Notes: generated by a model from the letters alone, not told the origin. DNA of 64,000 bases from Betaproteobacteria bacterium (GCA_021732605.1 JAKFUS010000003.1:51476-115475), one strand, 5' to 3'. Counted from the stretch's first letter, positions 34,021 through 42,422 are shown. Numbers and translations are program-made.

Positions 34021-35661
34021 TCAACCATGGACCGTTCCTAGAACGGGTGCCGCGAGGCGCTGGATCATCACATTGACGCAGGCCGGTTTGCCGCTGGCGA
34101 TTGCGCGTGCGAGAGCCGGCTTCAGTTCCGCCGCACGGGTCACCAGCTCACCGTGGCCGCCCAATGCCGCCACCGCCAGATCATAACGCGTGCCGCCGCG
34201 CAGTTCGCAGCCATGCGCACGCTCCTTGCCGTAAGTGCGCAACTGGATCTGGTGTTCGGCATTCCAGCAGGAGTCGTTGCCGACCACCACGATCATCGGC
34301 ACGCCTTCGCGCACGGCGGTATCGAACTCCATCAAATGAAAGCCGAAAGCGCCGTCCCCCATCACCGCAATCACCGCTGCCTGCGGCCGGGCCATCCGTG
34401 CAGCGAAAGCAAAGGGCACGGCACTACCGATGGAACCGCCGACACCGTTGATGATGCGTGCCGGTGCCTGGATGCAGGCCTGCGCCCACTGGCCGATTTC
34501 ACCGCCGTCGGCGATGAACACCGCATCGGGGGAGGTATTCAAGGCGTCCTGTACTGCGCGGCCGAGTTCGACCGGATGCACCGGGCCGTCGCCGCTGTTG
34601 ATGTCGCGCCAGGACGCCGGACGAAAGGCGACGGCATCAGCGACTTCTTTCAGCCACGCCGCGCCGGCATGGCGTTGTGCTTCTGCAACCAAGGCGCGCG
34701 CCGTGGCCACGCTGTCCGCCTGTGCCGACAATGCGACGCGAGCTGCACCGAGATTTTTGATCGCACGTTGCAGGGCTTCGCTTTCGGGATCGATCACCGC
34801 AAAACGGCAAGTTGCAGCCAGTGCCGGCGCTCTTCCGAAACGCAGCGTGAAATCCGGTTGTTTGCCGATCAGCACCACGAGGTCGGCCTTGCCCAGCACA
34901 CCGGCAAAAGCGCCTAGGCCCGGATCGTTGACGCCGCGCGGGCTTTCCATACACAACGCCGGCACGCCGGTGGCCGCGGCCAGTTGCTTGACCAGTCCGG
35001 CGACCGGCGCATGCGCCAGTACCGGTCCGAGCAGGATCAGCGGCCTTGCCGCAGTCTTCAGCAGGGCCTGCAGCGCCGCGATGGTTTTGGCCCCGGGCGG
35101 ATTTTCCAGCGGCGCAAAATCGGCGGCGGGCGCCAACAGTTTTTCGCCGTCGGCCACTTTGGCTTCGAGTACATCAAAGGGCAGGCTCAGGTGCACCGGT
35201 CCCGGCCGGCCGGAACGCGCGATACGACAGGCCTTGGCGATATCCGCGCCCAGAGTTTCAACACTGCTGGCGGTCCATGATGCCTTGACCAGCGGCGCCG
35301 CGATGTCTGCCTGACGCATTTCCTGGAAGGAACCGCTGCCCAGTTCATTGAGCGGTGCGTGGCCCGATAGCAGCACCATGGGCGACTCGGAGGCCAGCGC
35401 GGTATATAACGCGCCAACGCCGTTGGCGTGTCCCGGACCACCGGTCAGCATGGCAATGCCGGGCTCACCGGTCAGTCGCGCCCAGGCATCGGCCATGTGT
35501 ACGGCGGCGCCTTCGTAACGCACATGGGTGATCGCAAGCCTGGCTTCGATCGCAGCGTCATACACCGGCATGATGTGATTGCCGGAGAGGGAAAAAATAC
35601 GCCGCAGCCCGGCTTGCGCCAGGGTACGCGCGAGAATATCGGCACCGCGGAGTGTGGTCAT
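34021..35661 (-). CDS. thiamine-diphosphate-dependent enzyme (acetolactate synthase / oxalyl-CoA decarboxylase / Xsc-like superfamily)
   Basis: 546 aa. The N-terminal Pyr domain has RYEGAAVHMADAWARLTG..GGPGHANG. The C-terminal ThDP motif is GDGAFGFHLMEFDTAVREGVPMIVVVGNDSCWN. Confidence 0.85.
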   Translation of the reverse strand: MTTLRGADILARTLAQAGLRRIFSLSGNHIMPVYDAAIEARLAITHVRYEGAAVHMADAWARLTGEPGIAMLTGGPGHANGVGALYTALASESPMVLLSGHAPLNELGSGSFQEMRQADIAAPLVKASWTASSVETLGADIAKACRIARSGRPGPVHLSLPFDVLEAKVADGEKLLAPAADFAPLENPPGAKTIAALQALLKTAARPLILLGPVLAHAPVAGLVKQLAAATGVPALCMESPRGVNDPGLGAFAGVLGKADLVVLIGKQPDFTLRFGRAPALAATCRFAVIDPESEALQRAIKNLGAARVALSAQADSVATARALVAEAQRHAGAAWLKEVADAVAFRPASWRDINSGDGPVHPVELGRAVQDALNTSPDAVFIADGGEIGQWAQACIQAPARIINGVGGSIGSAVPFAFAARMARPQAAVIAVMGDGAFGFHLMEFDTAVREGVPMIVVVGNDSCWNAEHQIQLRTYGKERAHGCELRGGTRYDLAVAALGGHGELVTRAAELKPALARAIASGKPACVNVMIQRLAAPVLGTVHG

Positions 35662-35699
35662 CGGGGTCTTGTCCGGGTTTCAGCGATTACGGTGAAGCG

Positions 35700-35726
35700 C
35701 CCGCATGGCCGGCCCGGCCATGCGGG
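35700..35726. other. perfect 11-bp GC-rich intercistronic hairpin
   Basis: CCCGCATGGCC-ggccc-GGCCATGCGGG lies between the UxaA-like stop and the ThDP-enzyme start. No U-tract follows on the coding (minus) strand. Confidence 0.6.
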
Positions 35727-35750
35727 ATGATTCAAACAAACTGAGCTTAC

Positions 35751-36920
35751 TTAAGCGCTTTCGTACAGACGGGTCAGCACAAACTCGCGATGGCCCAGCG
35801 CTTCGGCGGCCGTCAGCCGGCCGTTGCAGGTGCGCAGCATGACTTCGATCAGTTCGTCGCCGGTCTGGTCGAGGTTTTTCTCCCGCTGCAGCAGGCCCGA
35901 GCAGTCGTAGTCGACGTGTTCGCTCATGGTGCGCACGGTGCGCGGATTCGCAGTGAGCTTGATCACCGGCACAATCGGATTGCCGATGACATTGCCCTGC
36001 CCGGTCGGGAACAGGTGCACCACGTAGCCGGATGCCGCGCACAGCGTGACCATCTCGGCCGCGGCCGAAGACGAATCCATGAACCACAGGCCGGGCTTGG
36101 TCGGCTCCTCGGCCTTGTCGAGCACACCGATGACCTTGCACTTCTTGCCGATTTTCTGGATGTTGCCCAGCGCTTTTTCCTCGATCGTGGTCAGGCCGCC
36201 GGCGATATTGCCCTTGGTCGGCTGTGAATCGGAGAGGTCGCTGGTTTTGTTTTTCTCGACGATTTCCTGGTAACGATCGAACATTTTCATGAACTGCGCG
36301 CGCACTTCGGGAGTCGCACAACGATCGGCGACGATGTTCTCGCCGCCGGTGATCTCGGTGGTCTCGCCGAAACACATGGTCACGCCGAGCGGCTCCAGCT
36401 TGTCGAACGCACTGCCAACGGTCGGATTGGAACCGCAGCCGGAGGTCGTGTCGGACTCACCGCACTTGGTCGATACCCACAGGTCGCTGATCGGGCACTC
36501 GGTGCGCTGCAGCTCGGACGCCCATTGCACGTATTCCTTGGCCACTTTGGACGCACGCATGATGGTGTCGTGGTCGCCATGGAGTTCGATGCCGAAACCG
36601 GTGACCGGCTTGCCGGTCTTGGCAATGCCATCGACAACCTTTTTCGCCCAGCCCTCTTCAATACAGATCACCACCACCGCGGCGACATTGGGGTTGGCAC
36701 CCGCGCCGATGATGGTGCGGAAATGCAGGTCCAAGTCGGCGCCGAACTGCAGCCGGCCATAGGGATGCGGGATCGCAACCGCACCCTTGATATTGTTGGC
36801 CACAGCTTCAGCCGCGGCATTGGACAGATCGTCCACCGGCAGGATCAGGACGAGATTGCGGACACCGACGCGGCCGTTCTCGCGGCGGTAGCCCATGAAT
36901 GTGGTTTTGCTGTTGATCAT
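35751..36920 (-). CDS. UxaA-family (altronate/galactarate dehydratase C-terminal; SuyB-like) large subunit
   Basis: 389 aa. [23 protein letters not shown] and GQGN.. are blocks of the UxaA/GarD/SuyB family. Confidence 0.85.
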   Translation of the reverse strand: MINSKTTFMGYRRENGRVGVRNLVLILPVDDLSNAAAEAVANNIKGAVAIPHPYGRLQFGADLDLHFRTIIGAGANPNVAAVVVICIEEGWAKKVVDGIAKTGKPVTGFGIELHGDHDTIMRASKVAKEYVQWASELQRTECPISDLWVSTKCGESDTTSGCGSNPTVGSAFDKLEPLGVTMCFGETTEITGGENIVADRCATPEVRAQFMKMFDRYQEIVEKNKTSDLSDSQPTKGNIAGGLTTIEEKALGNIQKIGKKCKVIGVLDKAEEPTKPGLWFMDSSSAAAEMVTLCAASGYVVHLFPTGQGNVIGNPIVPVIKLTANPRTVRTMSEHVDYDCSGLLQREKNLDQTGDELIEVMLRTCNGRLTAAEALGHREFVLTRLYESA

Positions 36921-36986
36921 TTTTTTATCTCCAGGAATTTTCGGTTCAGCACGCAGCGCCGGCTTATCGGCCGCTTGCTTATCGGT

Positions 36987-37013
36987 CGCTTTTTACCAAC
37001 CGCTTTTACCAAC
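36987..37013. repeat. tandem near-duplicate CGCTTTTTACCAAC / CGCTTTTACCAAC spanning the SAF-gene stop codon
   Basis: 14-mer at 36987-37000 and 13-mer at 37001-37013. The latter contains the TAA stop (37006-37008) and the last codons (..KRW) of the SAF gene. GCTTATCGG also occurs twice (36962-36970 and 36977-36985). Confidence 0.85.
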
Positions 37014-37287
37014 GCTTGGTCTTGATGTTGTGCACGTGGGCGTGCTCGCCGACCTTGATGTCCGCCACGGCCTTGCCGATGTCGAAACCGTATTTGATGA
37101 TGGTGTCGCCCTTCCTGATCTCACGCAGCGCCGCCTTGTGGCCGATCGGGATGTCGTTGAGCGCCTTGACCTTGATCGTCGAGTCATCTTCCATGACCCA
37201 GCCGATCATTTCCTGTCCGGCCTTGATGCCTTCGATGACGGCCACGCCGACCGTGTCTTTCTTGTCGTGTACCAATATGTGAATCAT
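37006..37287 (-). CDS. SAF-domain small subunit (UxaA N-terminal / SuyA-like)
   Basis: 93 aa from ATG 37287, with AGGAGG 5 nt upstream. DTVGVAVIEGIKAGQ and IPIGHKAALREIRKGDTIIKYG are typical of the SAF domain of altronate-dehydratase-family enzymes. Confidence 0.75.
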   Translation of the reverse strand: MIHILVHDKKDTVGVAVIEGIKAGQEMIGWVMEDDSTIKVKALNDIPIGHKAALREIRKGDTIIKYGFDIGKAVADIKVGEHAHVHNIKTKRW

Positions 37288-37380
37288 TGCGCCTCCTGAG
37301 TGAACGCTGTGCGAGTGAAAATAAATGCGGGACAAACGGTGCTGCAGGGTCGGTCATGCTACCCGCGGCCGTTCCGGCAA

Positions 37381-37394
37381 GTCAACTAGATGAC
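37381..37394. promoter_or_regulatory. candidate GntR/HutC-type operator palindrome GTCAACTAGATGAC
   Basis: Six of seven positions are symmetric (GTCA.CT/AG.TGAC). It lies in the 165-bp divergent region between the SAF gene (-) and the GntR gene (+). GT...AC half-sites fit the general GntR-family operator rule. Confidence 0.4.
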
Positions 37395-37452
37395 CTATAT
37401 GAATTCTCCGGCCGCGTGGTAGACTGCCGCGCACCCTTATGGCCCAAATTTT

Positions 37453-38223
37453 ATGGCCCAAATCCCCAACACCGAACCCTTGACCGCTGGTCAACCGACC
37501 GCCGCTCCACTTTACCGCGAAGTGCAGTGGCGCATCACGCGCGCGCTGGCCGCCGGCGAGTGGAAACCAGGCGAAGCCATCCCCAGCGAGGCCAAACTGG
37601 CAGCGGATTTCAGGGTGTCGATCGGCACCATCCGCCGCGCCATCGATGAACTGGTCGCCGGGCGCATCCTCGTGCGCCAGCAGGGGCGCGGCACTTTTGT
37701 CGCCGCGCACACTGAAGACCGCACGCTGTTTTATTTTTTCCATATCGTCGGCAAGGATGGCAGTCAGGAATTCCCGGTGTCGGAACTGCTGTCGTTCAGC
37801 CGCGAACGTGCCGGCGCCGATGATGAAACGCAACTGGGCATCCCCCGCGGCAGTCGCGTCGCGCGGGTGCGCAACCTGCTGAAACTCGCCTACAAGCCGG
37901 TGGTGCTGGATAACATCACGGTATCGACGGAACGCTTCACGCGCATCGACGAAAATACGTTCCGCAACCGCGAAGGAACAATTTATGGACTTTATCAAGC
38001 ACGGTATGGCGTTAATGTCGTACGGATCAGCGAGCGCCTGTCGGCAGCACATCCGCCAGCAGACGTTGCTGCCATCCTCGGCATGCGCGCCAACCAGCCG
38101 GCGCTGCAGATCCGCCGCACCGCTTACACCTATAACGATTCACCGGTGGAATACCGGCTGAGCTGGATCAACAGCGCCGACCACGAATACCTGAGCGATT
38201 TGTGGAAAACCTCGGCGCGCTGA
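37453..38223 (+). CDS. GntR-family transcriptional regulator, HutC/UTRA subfamily
   Basis: 256 aa. The winged HTH is PSEAKLAADFRVSIGTIRRAIDELVAGRILVRQQGRGTFV, followed by an approx. 150-aa UTRA-like C-terminal domain. Confidence 0.85.
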   Translation: MAQIPNTEPLTAGQPTAAPLYREVQWRITRALAAGEWKPGEAIPSEAKLAADFRVSIGTIRRAIDELVAGRILVRQQGRGTFVAAHTEDRTLFYFFHIVGKDGSQEFPVSELLSFSRERAGADDETQLGIPRGSRVARVRNLLKLAYKPVVLDNITVSTERFTRIDENTFRNREGTIYGLYQARYGVNVVRISERLSAAHPPADVAAILGMRANQPALQIRRTAYTYNDSPVEYRLSWINSADHEYLSDLWKTSAR

Positions 38224-38233
38224 CGCCGGTCGC

Positions 38234-40123
38234 CTAAAAACCGAGTTCGCGCCGCGCTATGGCAATCTGCGCGGGATCACTGGCGTTTTTCAGCAGCCAT
38301 TCGAACTGCGCCCGCGCATCATCACGCAAACCGGCGCGCGCCAGGCTGAAACCCGCCAGCTGCCGCGCTTGCGCTGCCGCGGAATCCGTCGCAGGGGCGC
38401 CCCCCAAGGGGACTTCCTTCGGGGCGCCCCCCAAGGGGACTTCCTTCGGGGCGCCCAATGCGGAGCGCAGATAAAAATCCGCCGCTTGCAAGGGCTGGCC
38501 ATGACCTGCATGGGTTTGCGCAATGCCGGACAACACAAGTCGCGACTGCGCGGCATCGGCATGCGGCAACACGCGCTCAAACAGGGCCCGAGCTGCATCG
38601 TGCAAACCATGATCGGTGAATTGCTGCGCCAGCGTGATCCATTGCGGCAACTGCGCCACAGGAATCGCCGATCGTTCCGCTGTCAGCGGTCGCACGATAT
38701 TGACGGCAACTTCGGCGCGACCCGCGCGCAACGCCAGCGCAGACAGGCGCAGATTCCACACCACCGCCGGCATGTTGTCGGGAGCCGGCAAACCCTGCCA
38801 GTACTGCAACGCACGCGCAGGGTCGCCCGTCGTCTCGGCCAGCGCGCCCAGCGTATGCAGGGTGGACGTTGCCAGCGCACCGGCATCAGCCGGCCAGGCG
38901 CCAAATACGCGCAACGCCGCGCGCGGTAATTTCGATTCGGCAAAATCCGCAGCCAGCCGGACCTGCGCACTCTGCTGCATTTTGGGATCGCGCGCAAAAT
39001 GCGCCAGATAGGCCAGGTAAGCGCGGGCTTCCGCCGGTTCAGCCGCGCGCCGGCGCTGCGCGAACTCCAGCCAGTTCGCGTCATCCCCGGCCAGCAACTG
39101 GTGACTGTTGGACGCAGAACGGGCGTGGCCGACATAAGCCTCCCATAATTTTCCGGCGTCGGCGTCCGGGCCCTCCGCAACGCTCGCCGCGCCGACTTCC
39201 AGCAATTGCTCCATTGCGCTGAGGCGCAATGCTCCGTTGTTCTGGCGGTCTGCAGCCTCGAGCAAAATACGCAACCACGCCGGATCTTCGCTGCGGCCCA
39301 GCGCTGTACGTGCCTGCGTCACCGCGTCCTGCGGCGTGATCACACCGGTGTGCAGGCGCAACCGCAGTTTTGCCGGGCTACGTTCCTCCAGCAGGCTCAG
39401 CCAGGCAACGGCCTCCCGCGTCATCCGGAGGTCGAGCAATGCATCGACAAAAACAGTGGCCGTCGCCGCATCCAGCGGCCGGTAGTCCTGCTCGAAACGC
39501 AGCATGCTGCGGTAAGCGTCATCGGCGCCCCCCAAGGGGACTTCCTTCGGGGCGCCCCCCAAGGGGACTTCCTTCGGGGCGCCCCCCAAGGGGACTTCCT
39601 TCGGGGCGCCCCCCAAGGGGACTTCCTTCGGGGCGCCCCCCAAGGGGACTTCCTTCGGGGCGCGCGTGTCGCGGACATGACTGCGGATGACCAGCAAGCG
39701 CAGTTCTCGCAAGGCACCGGCATTGATTCCGGGTGTCCACAGCGCGCGGCCGGCATGGTCGCGAACCACCGCAGTCCGGCCGAGTGCAAGTGCGGCGCGG
39801 GCGGCAACAGCATGCAGTCCGGCCCGCGCGGCGGCTGGTACCGCTGACGGCAACACTCCTGCCCGCTTCAGCACTTCGTCGTTACGGCCCAACTGCACCA
39901 GCAATTGCAGGCGCAGGGTTTCCCATTCAATCCAAAGGGGCGCGGCGGCATCCTGCGGCTGCAGGGTATCGATGCGGAGCAAGGCCAGCTGCACCGCTCC
40001 GGCCTGCCCCAGACTGCGCGTGGCGTCGAGATCCTTGGTTACATCAGCAGTTTGCGCGGCGGTCAGTGCGTGCAGCCCGACCAGCAGCAATATGGTGGTG
40101 ACGAAGTGTCGCAGTGCAGGCAT
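38234..40123 (-). CDS. periplasmic Ala/Leu/Arg-rich helical-repeat (TPR-like) protein carrying APKEVPLGG repeats
   Basis: 629 aa from ATG 40123 (MPALRHFVTTILLLVGLHALTAAQ, a signal peptide). No specific family was recognised. Two in-frame 27-bp repeat arrays lie inside it. Confidence 0.6.
   Translation of the reverse strand: MPALRHFVTTILLLVGLHALTAAQTADVTKDLDATRSLGQAGAVQLALLRIDTLQPQDAAAPLWIEWETLRLQLLVQLGRNDEVLKRAGVLPSAVPAAARAGLHAVAARAALALGRTAVVRDHAGRALWTPGINAGALRELRLLVIRSHVRDTRAPKEVPLGGAPKEVPLGGAPKEVPLGGAPKEVPLGGAPKEVPLGGADDAYRSMLRFEQDYRPLDAATATVFVDALLDLRMTREAVAWLSLLEERSPAKLRLRLHTGVITPQDAVTQARTALGRSEDPAWLRILLEAADRQNNGALRLSAMEQLLEVGAASVAEGPDADAGKLWEAYVGHARSASNSHQLLAGDDANWLEFAQRRRAAEPAEARAYLAYLAHFARDPKMQQSAQVRLAADFAESKLPRAALRVFGAWPADAGALATSTLHTLGALAETTGDPARALQYWQGLPAPDNMPAVVWNLRLSALALRAGRAEVAVNIVRPLTAERSAIPVAQLPQWITLAQQFTDHGLHDAARALFERVLPHADAAQSRLVLSGIAQTHAGHGQPLQAADFYLRSALGAPKEVPLGGAPKEVPLGGAPATDSAAAQARQLAGFSLARAGLRDDARAQFEWLLKNASDPAQIAIARRELGF
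38394..38456. repeat. 27-bp tandem repeat GGGGCGCCCCCCAAGGGGACTTCCTTC, 2.3 copies
   Basis: Perfect copies at 38394-38420 and 38421-38447, plus 9 nt of a third. Same unit, orientation and reading frame as the array at 39524-39663. Confidence 0.95.
39524..39663. repeat. 27-bp tandem repeat, 5 perfect copies plus a partial
   Basis: Units at 39524-39550, -39577, -39604, -39631 and -39658, all identical. On the coding strand each reads GCC CCG AAG GAA GTC CCC TTG GGG GGC, which is APKEVPLGG. Confidence 0.95.
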
Positions 40124-40171
40124 GTAACTATTGTAGCGGGCACCGCCTGCCGGACGCAGGCAGGCAGGCAT

Positions 40172-40201
40172 AAAACGAAAAGGCGGCCGCAGCCGCCTTT
40201 T
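40172..40201 (-). terminator. rho-independent terminator after rplS
   Basis: On the minus strand: aaaa-GGCGGC-tgcg-GCCGCC-ttttcgtttta. It begins 18 nt after the rplS stop. Confidence 0.7.
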
Positions 40202-40218
40202 CCGGAATGCACCAGGCC

Positions 40219-40650
40219 TTATTTTTCGGTTGGTGCGGCCTCGGCTGCAATCTCGGCTTCCGCCGCGACTTCACCCTGGACGGCGGTATTGACCGTCAGC
40301 TTTTCCTTGATGCGCGCTGCTTTGCCCGACAGGCCGCGCAGGTAGTAGAGCTTGGCGCGGCCGACATCGCCGCGACGTTTGACTTCGATGCTGGCAATCG
40401 CCGGTGAATAGGTCTGGAACGTCCGCTCGACACCTTCGCCTGACGACACCTTGCGCACGATGAACGCGGAGTTTATGCCGCGGTTCCGCTTGGCGATGAC
40501 CACGCCTTCGTAGGCCTGCACGCGCTTGCGCTCACCCTCGACCACGTTGACATTGACGATGACCGTATCACCGGCAACGAATTCGGGCACCTTGCGGTCC
40601 AGACGTTTGATCTCTTCCTGCTCTAGCTGCTGAATCATGTTCATGCTCAT
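40219..40650 (-). CDS. rplS: 50S ribosomal protein L19
   Basis: [66 protein letters not shown] aligns along the whole of E. coli L19. An extra Ala/Glu-rich approx. 25-aa tail follows. Confidence 0.9.
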   Translation of the reverse strand: MSMNMIQQLEQEEIKRLDRKVPEFVAGDTVIVNVNVVEGERKRVQAYEGVVIAKRNRGINSAFIVRKVSSGEGVERTFQTYSPAIASIEVKRRGDVGRAKLYYLRGLSGKAARIKEKLTVNTAVQGEVAAEAEIAAEAAPTEK

Positions 40651-40714
40651 GCTCCCTCAAAACTTGTTGCGCCCGCCTGATGGCGTCCGCTGTTAAGTCG
40701 GTCTTTACTGCGTG

Positions 40715-41479
40715 TTAATCCTTGCTGCCCTGCTGCTCGCTCTGGTATTCATCGAGCAACATTCGTTCTTCTTTGGACAACGTCCGCCGTTCCAGCAAAT
40801 CCGGCCGCCGCTGCCAGGTCCGTCCCAGTGACTGCTTCAGCCGCCAGCGCGTGATCGCGGCATGGTTGCCCGACAACAGCACCGCCGGTACCGACGCGCC
40901 CGCATAATTCTCCGGGCGCGTGTAGTGCGGGCAATCCAGCAGGCCGTTCACAAACGAGTCCTGCTCTGCCGACTCGGCATCACCGAGTGCTCCCGGCAAC
41001 TGCCGCACCACGCTATCCATCAGTACCATCGCGGCCAGTTCACCGCCACTCAATACATAGTCGCCGATCGAAATTTCCTCGACGACCTGCTGCTCAATCA
41101 ACCGCTCATCTACACCTTCGTAACGCCCCGCCAGCAGCACCAGTCCCGGCTCCTTCGCCAGCTCCACCACCCTCGCATGATCCAGCAACCTGCCCTGCGG
41201 CGTCAGGTGCAGCACCCGCGGCCGCTCCACACCGGCACTTTGCTGCCTCTGACAGGCCGCCTGCAGCGCCTTGCCCAACGGTTCAGCCATCATCACCATC
41301 CCCGGGCCGCCGCCGTAAGGCCGGTCATCCACAGTGCGGTGAACATTGGCCGCAAAATCCCGCGGATTCCACGCCACAAACTGGTACAAACCGCGTTCCC
41401 GCGCCCTCCCGGTGACACCGAGTTCGGTCACCGCGTCAAACATCGCCGGAAACAGCGTAACTACATCAAACTGCAACAT
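40715..41479 (-). CDS. trmD: tRNA (guanine37-N1)-methyltransferase
   Basis: [14 protein letters not shown].., [10 protein letters not shown] and [11 protein letters not shown] are TrmD blocks. Its ATG overlaps the rimM stop (TGATG). Confidence 0.9.
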   Translation of the reverse strand: MLQFDVVTLFPAMFDAVTELGVTGRARERGLYQFVAWNPRDFAANVHRTVDDRPYGGGPGMVMMAEPLGKALQAACQRQQSAGVERPRVLHLTPQGRLLDHARVVELAKEPGLVLLAGRYEGVDERLIEQQVVEEISIGDYVLSGGELAAMVLMDSVVRQLPGALGDAESAEQDSFVNGLLDCPHYTRPENYAGASVPAVLLSGNHAAITRWRLKQSLGRTWQRRPDLLERRTLSKEERMLLDEYQSEQQGSKD

Positions 41480-42033
41480 CAGAAGTCCGCGTCCCAATCG
41501 ACGATGATCGTGCCACCGGCAATATCAACCTGACGGATCACCGTTGCAATGAAGGGCAGCAAACGCTCACGCTGATTTGCTGCCACCTCATTTGCTACCC
41601 CATCCTCCACCACCAGCACATCATTCGCTCCGGTTTCAAAAACGCGGGTCACACTCCCCAGCGCCACACCGGCTGCATTGACCACTTTCAGTCCGACCAG
41701 ATCGGACCAGTAAAACTCATTCGTCGCGGGTATCGGAAAATCATCTCGCGATATCGCGATCCGCATGCCCTGCAACGCAGCGGCTTGCTCGCGGTCGCCG
41801 ACACCTTCCAGCTTTGCCACCACTGTGGCGCCATGCACTTTCGCCACTTCCACCGACCGCAACTGCCACTTGCCGTCCTGTCCGACCTGCCACTGCGGAT
41901 AGTCCAGCAGGCCCTGCAGTTGCTGCGTGAACGGCTGAATCTTGATCCAGCCCTTGATGCCGTAGGGCGCAACGATGCGCCCCATGGCCACCAACTGCTC
42001 AGTCACCGGCCGCTCAGGCGGCTTTTTGTTCAC
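41479..42033 (-). CDS. rimM: ribosome maturation factor RimM
   Basis: [18 protein letters not shown] is the RimM N-terminal motif, followed by a PRC barrel. GTG start at 42033 overlaps rpsP by 20 nt. ATG 41985 is the alternative. Confidence 0.85.
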   Translation of the reverse strand: MNKKPPERPVTEQLVAMGRIVAPYGIKGWIKIQPFTQQLQGLLDYPQWQVGQDGKWQLRSVEVAKVHGATVVAKLEGVGDREQAAALQGMRIAISRDDFPIPATNEFYWSDLVGLKVVNAAGVALGSVTRVFETGANDVLVVEDGVANEVAANQRERLLPFIATVIRQVDIAGGTIIVDWDADF

Positions 42034-42268
42034 CAGCCTGCTTGACGAGCCGGGTTACGGTGTCCGACAGTAGCGCACCCTTGCCCTTCCAGAAGTCGAG
42101 ACGCTCGCGATTGATGCGCAGGCGTTCACGGCCTTCCGGGGCCTTGGGGTCGTAGAAGCCCAGACGCTCGATAAAGCGCCCGTCGCGCGGAAACCGCGAA
42201 TCGGCAACAACGAAATTAAAGAACGGACGCTTTTTGGCGCCACCACGAGCTAAGCGGATTACTACCAT
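42014..42268 (-). CDS. rpsP: 30S ribosomal protein S16
   Basis: [39 protein letters not shown] is canonical S16. Confidence 0.9.
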   Translation of the reverse strand: MVVIRLARGGAKKRPFFNFVVADSRFPRDGRFIERLGFYDPKAPEGRERLRINRERLDFWKGKGALLSDTVTRLVKQAGEQKAA

Positions 42269-42422
42269 GAGGATTCCCAGCGACCGAAGAAGTCGAAAGG
42301 GCCGGATTTTACGCTACTTTTCGCGCCAGACGCAACCAAAGTCACGAATGAAGAGCAGTTATCCCGTTCATTGCATCATATCCACAAAATTATACTAATC
42401 ATCTGTTTTTAAAGGATATTTA

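Noticed and set aside
35680-36375. 231-aa minus-strand ORF out of frame with the UxaA-like gene
   Set aside because: It is an alternative frame of a gene with clear family motifs. Its translation ([16 protein letters not shown]..) is obviously non-protein-like.
39524-39663. Possible CRISPR array (regular 27-bp repeats)
   Set aside because: The units are directly abutting with no spacers. They lie inside a CDS in frame, and no cas genes or leader are present. This is a tandem repeat, not a CRISPR.
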